A stretch of 64,000 nucleotides of DNA from Phycisphaeraceae bacterium (GTDB lineage: Bacteria > Planctomycetota > Phycisphaerae > Phycisphaerales > Phycisphaeraceae): the NCBI GenBank assembly GCA_963674705.1, contig OY771506.1, positions 4,992,001-5,056,000 on the forward strand, written 5' to 3'. The notes under the pieces are model-generated. The model had not been told where the DNA came from and did not search any database. It was given only the letters and a program-made list of their open reading frames with translations. This document shows positions 60,008 through 64,000 of the stretch, piece by piece. The position numbers were made by a program, and so were the translations under genes. How positions within the stretch are numbered: the stretch's first letter is position 1; every line of letters begins with the position of its first letter.

Positions 60008-62098
60008 ATGGACGAAAAAACATTCCAACTTATCAGCGACTTTGAGCCGATGGGAGATCAGCCCGCGGCGATCGATCGGCTGGTCGATAACATCCAGGCC
60101 GGGCAGAGATACCAGACGCTGCTTGGCGCGACCGGCACCGGCAAGACGTTTACGATGGCCAACACCATCGCCCGGGTGAACAAGCCCACGCTCGTGATCA
60201 GCCACAATAAAACCCTTGCCGCCCAACTCTATGAAGAGTTCAAAGAGCTTTTTCCCGATAACGCGGTCAGCTACTTCGTCAGCTACTACGACTACTACCA
60301 GCCCGAAGCTTACATCCCGCAGCGGGATATCTACATCGAAAAAGACGCCTCGCGAAACGATGACCTGGACCGGCTTCGCCTCGCGGCGACGACACACCTG
60401 GTCAGCCGACGGGATGTGATCATCGTCGCATCCGTCTCGGCGATCTTTGGTTTGGGTTCGCCAAACGAATACAAAGCCGCCGTCCTGACGCTGCGCAAGG
60501 GTGAAGAGATCGATCGTCAGGAATTCTTGAGCATTCTGTCGGACCTTCAGTACACGCGCAGTGATTTTGAACTGAAGCGCGGTTCGTATCGCGTGCGTGG
60601 CGACGTGATCGAGTTGCACCCGGCGGCAGAAGAATTCGCATACCGCGTTGAGCTGTTTGGCGATGAGATCGAGGGATTGCAATTTATCGATCCGCTGACG
60701 GGTGAGTTGCTTGCCGATGAAAACGAATTGATGATCTTTCCCGCGGTGCATTACGTCATGCCCGAAGATCGGCTCGAAGCAGCGATCGAGGGGATCAAGG
60801 AGGAGCTGGATAAACAGGTCATGCACCTGCGCAGCCAGGGCAAGCTGCTGGAAGCGCAGCGGCTTCTTGCGCGAACGAAGTATGACCTTGAGATGATCCA
60901 GGAAGTCGGGTACTGCTCGGGGGTGGAAAATTACTCGCGGTTCTTCGATAACCGCCCCGCCGGGTCGCGGCCGTTCTGCCTGTTCGACTATTTCCCGACC
61001 GACGATTGGCTGCTGATCATCGATGAAAGCCACGTCACGCTGCCGCAGCTTAGCGCGATGTACAACGGGGATCAGAAGCGTAAGGAAACGCTGGTCAACT
61101 TCGGGTTCCGCCTGCCGTCGGCGCTGGACAATCGGCCGCTTAAGTTCGAGGAAATCGAAGAGCTTTGGCCCCAGGTGGTGTTCGTCTCAGCGACGCCTGG
61201 CAAGTACGAGCTGGAAAAATGCCAAGGCGAAGTCGTCGAACAGATCATCCGCCCCACCGGGCTGCTCGATCCGGTGATCGAAGTCGTGCCCGCGCAAGGG
61301 CAGGTGCCGGACCTTTTGGAGCGTGCAAAACAGCGCGTCGTCAAGGGCGAACGCACACTCGTTACGACACTGACCAAACGGCTCGCGGAAGACCTGGCAT
61401 CGTATCTCTCTGCCGAAGGATTGAATTGCCGGTACCTGCACAGTGAAATCGACACGCTGGACCGCGTGCAGATCCTGCGGGAGTTGCGTGAAGGTGAGTT
61501 TGATGTGCTGGTCGGCGTGAACCTGTTGCGTGAAGGGCTCGACCTGCCGGAGGTTTCGCTGGTCGCGATCATGGACGCGGACAAGACCGGGTTCCTGCGC
61601 AGCACAACCAGCCTGATCCAGCAGATCGGCCGCGCGGCGAGAAATGCCAACGCGTTGGTCGTGTTGTACGGCGACACCATCAGCCCGGCGATGCAGGCGT
61701 CGATTGAGGAAACCAACCGCCGGCGCGTGAAGCAACTCGCCTATAACGAGAAGCACGGCATCGAACCGGAGACGGTCAAGAAAGCCATCCGTATGGGCCT
61801 GGAGCTAGAACTGCGTGCCCGCAAGACCGCCCGTGAAGCGCTCGCCGGCGCAGGACAGGACAGCGAAGAAGCCTTCGATAAGGCCGAATTAATCAATGAG
61901 TTTGAGAAGCAGATGCTTGAGGCGGCCAACGCGCTGGAATTTGAGAAGGCGGCACAACTGCGTGACAAGATCAAGGAACTCAAAGCGTCACCGGATATGG
62001 GATCTATGCGTTCAGGCACAAGTAAATCACGACGCCCCAAACCGGGCGCGCCGGGAACGAAGGTGATCAAGAAAAAGAAGAAGCGTAAAAGCGTCTAA
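60008..62098 (+). CDS. uvrB: excinuclease ABC subunit B
   Basis: GDQP, GATGTGKT, YYDYYQPEAY, DESH, C-terminal UVR domain. Confidence 0.98.
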   Translation: MDEKTFQLISDFEPMGDQPAAIDRLVDNIQAGQRYQTLLGATGTGKTFTMANTIARVNKPTLVISHNKTLAAQLYEEFKELFPDNAVSYFVSYYDYYQPEAYIPQRDIYIEKDASRNDDLDRLRLAATTHLVSRRDVIIVASVSAIFGLGSPNEYKAAVLTLRKGEEIDRQEFLSILSDLQYTRSDFELKRGSYRVRGDVIELHPAAEEFAYRVELFGDEIEGLQFIDPLTGELLADENELMIFPAVHYVMPEDRLEAAIEGIKEELDKQVMHLRSQGKLLEAQRLLARTKYDLEMIQEVGYCSGVENYSRFFDNRPAGSRPFCLFDYFPTDDWLLIIDESHVTLPQLSAMYNGDQKRKETLVNFGFRLPSALDNRPLKFEEIEELWPQVVFVSATPGKYELEKCQGEVVEQIIRPTGLLDPVIEVVPAQGQVPDLLERAKQRVVKGERTLVTTLTKRLAEDLASYLSAEGLNCRYLHSEIDTLDRVQILRELREGEFDVLVGVNLLREGLDLPEVSLVAIMDADKTGFLRSTTSLIQQIGRAARNANALVVLYGDTISPAMQASIEETNRRRVKQLAYNEKHGIEPETVKKAIRMGLELELRARKTAREALAGAGQDSEEAFDKAELINEFEKQMLEAANALEFEKAAQLRDKIKELKASPDMGSMRSGTSKSRRPKPGAPGTKVIKKKKKRKSV

Positions 62099-62241
62099 AA
62101 GAAAAACGGATTATTCAATTAATCTTTGTGCGAAACGCTGTAGACACATCAAAATACAAGCCCCGTAATTCTGTATACATACTTCACCAATCCGATACAA
62201 TATCGGAGCGTTCGGTGTTGATATCTTGTTTTGGATAACTG

Positions 62242-63186
62242 ATGGGAATCGTTATGCGACTGCATCACTGGATAATCACGGCCTGTCTGTTACTCACATG
62301 CAGTACCCACTCGCTTCTGGGTGAGAGCAATAACGACTCAGATTCATCAAGTCAGGTCGCCGCCACAGAATCCGAGAATAGCAAGTCGACGCACGATCAA
62401 GCAGCATCCTGCGGCCAAGGCCATTGCAAGCGACAACATGGCGAATCGGGATGCAAAGGCAACTGTAAGAATTCGAATAAAGCAAAGGCTGAAGACACGA
62501 ATTCACAAACTGAGCCCGATCCAACGGATCAACCTTCGATAGCGGCAGCCGAAGATGATTCGGCAAACGGCTCGGAAGAACATGTCGGCGGGCCGCCTGC
62601 GTTCACCGAAGCGATCCACGCGCTATTGACCGCTCATGAAAAAATAACTCGCGAGGTGACGGATATCCCCAACGGGATCGAAGCGGTAACCACCAGCGAC
62701 GATCCTGTGGTAGCGGCGTTGATCCGTAAGCATGTTAAAGAAATGAGCGAACGCCTTGAGAACGGCCAGCCGGTGCGGCGGTGGGACCCGCTGTTCCGCG
62801 AGTTGTTCGTGCATTACAAGAAGATCCAGCTGGAAGTTATTGAAGTCGAGGGGGGTGTAAAAGTGCGTGAAACGTCGGATGATCCATCTGTGGTATTGCT
62901 GATTCGTCAGCACGCGCACAAGGGGGTGAGTGAATTTGTGCGTGACGGTTTTACACGGGCGCAAGCATCTTCGCCCTTGCCGGACGGCTATGTGGTAGCG
63001 GTAGAGACGGACGGCGCCGCCACTGAGCAATCGGGCATGGGACACGGACACAAACCGGGGATGGGACAAGGCCCAGGACGCGGACAGGGTCGGGGCATGG
63101 GCTGGGGACGACTACGCCATCAGCAACAAGACACATCTCCGGAAAGTGAGGCAGACGAATCCACCCCGGATACGCCGGCGTCCTGA
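62242..63186 (+). CDS. secreted hypothetical protein with duplicated TSDDP domain
   Basis: signal peptide; Cys/His-rich N-terminal part; NGIEAVTTSDDP...IRKH and GGVKVRETSDDP...IRQH; Gly-rich tail. Confidence 0.75.
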   Translation: MGIVMRLHHWIITACLLLTCSTHSLLGESNNDSDSSSQVAATESENSKSTHDQAASCGQGHCKRQHGESGCKGNCKNSNKAKAEDTNSQTEPDPTDQPSIAAAEDDSANGSEEHVGGPPAFTEAIHALLTAHEKITREVTDIPNGIEAVTTSDDPVVAALIRKHVKEMSERLENGQPVRRWDPLFRELFVHYKKIQLEVIEVEGGVKVRETSDDPSVVLLIRQHAHKGVSEFVRDGFTRAQASSPLPDGYVVAVETDGAATEQSGMGHGHKPGMGQGPGRGQGRGMGWGRLRHQQQDTSPESEADESTPDTPAS

Positions 63187-63281
63187 CGTACTATGAACAT
63201 CAGAAGAAAAACAGCACCGCCCCTTTCGAGGCGGCGCTTGCCGTTTGTCCTGAGTTTTAATTGCAGCAGAATGCAGTGCAA

Positions 63282-63401
63282 TCAGCGGCGGCGCAGTATC
63301 GCAAGGCCACCGAGGCCCGTCAGGCTTAGTACCGTGGGTTCGGGTACGACGATGATCTGGATCGCGGTGCTTGCGGATAGAACAACTGCTGCTGAAAACA
63401 T
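63282..63401 (-). pseudogene. minimal (cargo-less) PEP-CTERM ORF
   Basis: purine-rich RBS then MFSAAVVLSASTAIQIIVVPEPTVLSLTGLGGLAILRRR* (39 aa). Confidence 0.65.
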
Positions 63402-64000
63402 CTTCTTTCTCTCCCGCCCTGGGTACGGCTGTTGTTGCGGCCGGATCGGCCACAGGTTCACTAAATACTGATCTCTGTTCGTTTCGGGATGCATTGAATC
63501 CATCGTTGCACGACACGACGTCATGTGACACGATCAAGCGGCACAAAGGCGTGATGCGCGAATGACAGCCACGGGTGTCTTTCTCTGGCTCTCCCACAGG
63601 GTCAAATTGACAGGTGCGGCGGCCATGAACACATCGCTTATGTTCAACCAGGAACACCTGTAGATCGTGTCGTTCGTATTGTCGGGACCCCGGTGGAAAC
63701 GGGCATCCCCTGCTTAGCAGTCATCCAACCGCACAGATTGCGGACCGGATTGAGTTTGCTTCGGCCAGCGGATCGGAACACCACCTATTATGCAATAAGT
63801 ATTTACGTGGATATCAGCAAGAATCTTAGAATATATTTACATTAATAGTAAAACTAAAGTCTTTAAAATCCCTATATTGCCCCCCTGTAAGCTTAACCAT
63901 GGCTGATATCGCGGCGGATCGCTCATCCCGTATCCGAATCCACCAGCAGATGCGAATTGACACTGCAGATTTTGACCTTTCATGATACTCTTGAGCGGAT

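Overview
GC-rich chromosomal window, most likely from a planctomycete of class Phycisphaerae. This is inferred from the LEPRxLL-type N-terminal motif, many PEP-CTERM proteins with GDxxGDGFVGLDDLDIVL dockerin-like tails, and an rpsF-ssb-rplI operon without rpsR. Core genes: rpsF-ssb-rplI, a FabZ-like dehydratase, Hc1, cobA-hemD, an hscB-like co-chaperone, rpmF-plsX-fabH-fabD-fabG-acpP-fabF, yidC-mnmE-smpB, uvrB, and three tRNAs (Asp-GTC, Leu-TAG, Ala-CGC). Accessory content: nine PEP-CTERM loci (two hollowed out), a double-GH25 secreted muramidase, IS3 and IS1380 remnants, and an AT-rich XRE/ImmA pair. The most striking unexplained structure is intergenic. (i) Inverted arms built from 7-, 9- or 10-nt tandem units occur empty at five sites and once loaded with a four-helix-bundle gene inside the fab operon. 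(ii) A modular ~120-170 bp composite repeat occurs five times, always in + orientation, and twice supplies a neighbouring gene's stop codon. (iii) Three ~110-220 bp direct repeats divide the 26.4-31 kb island into co-oriented, cassette-like units. No CRISPR array, integrase or reverse transcriptase was found. All family calls are by motif recognition only; no searches were run.
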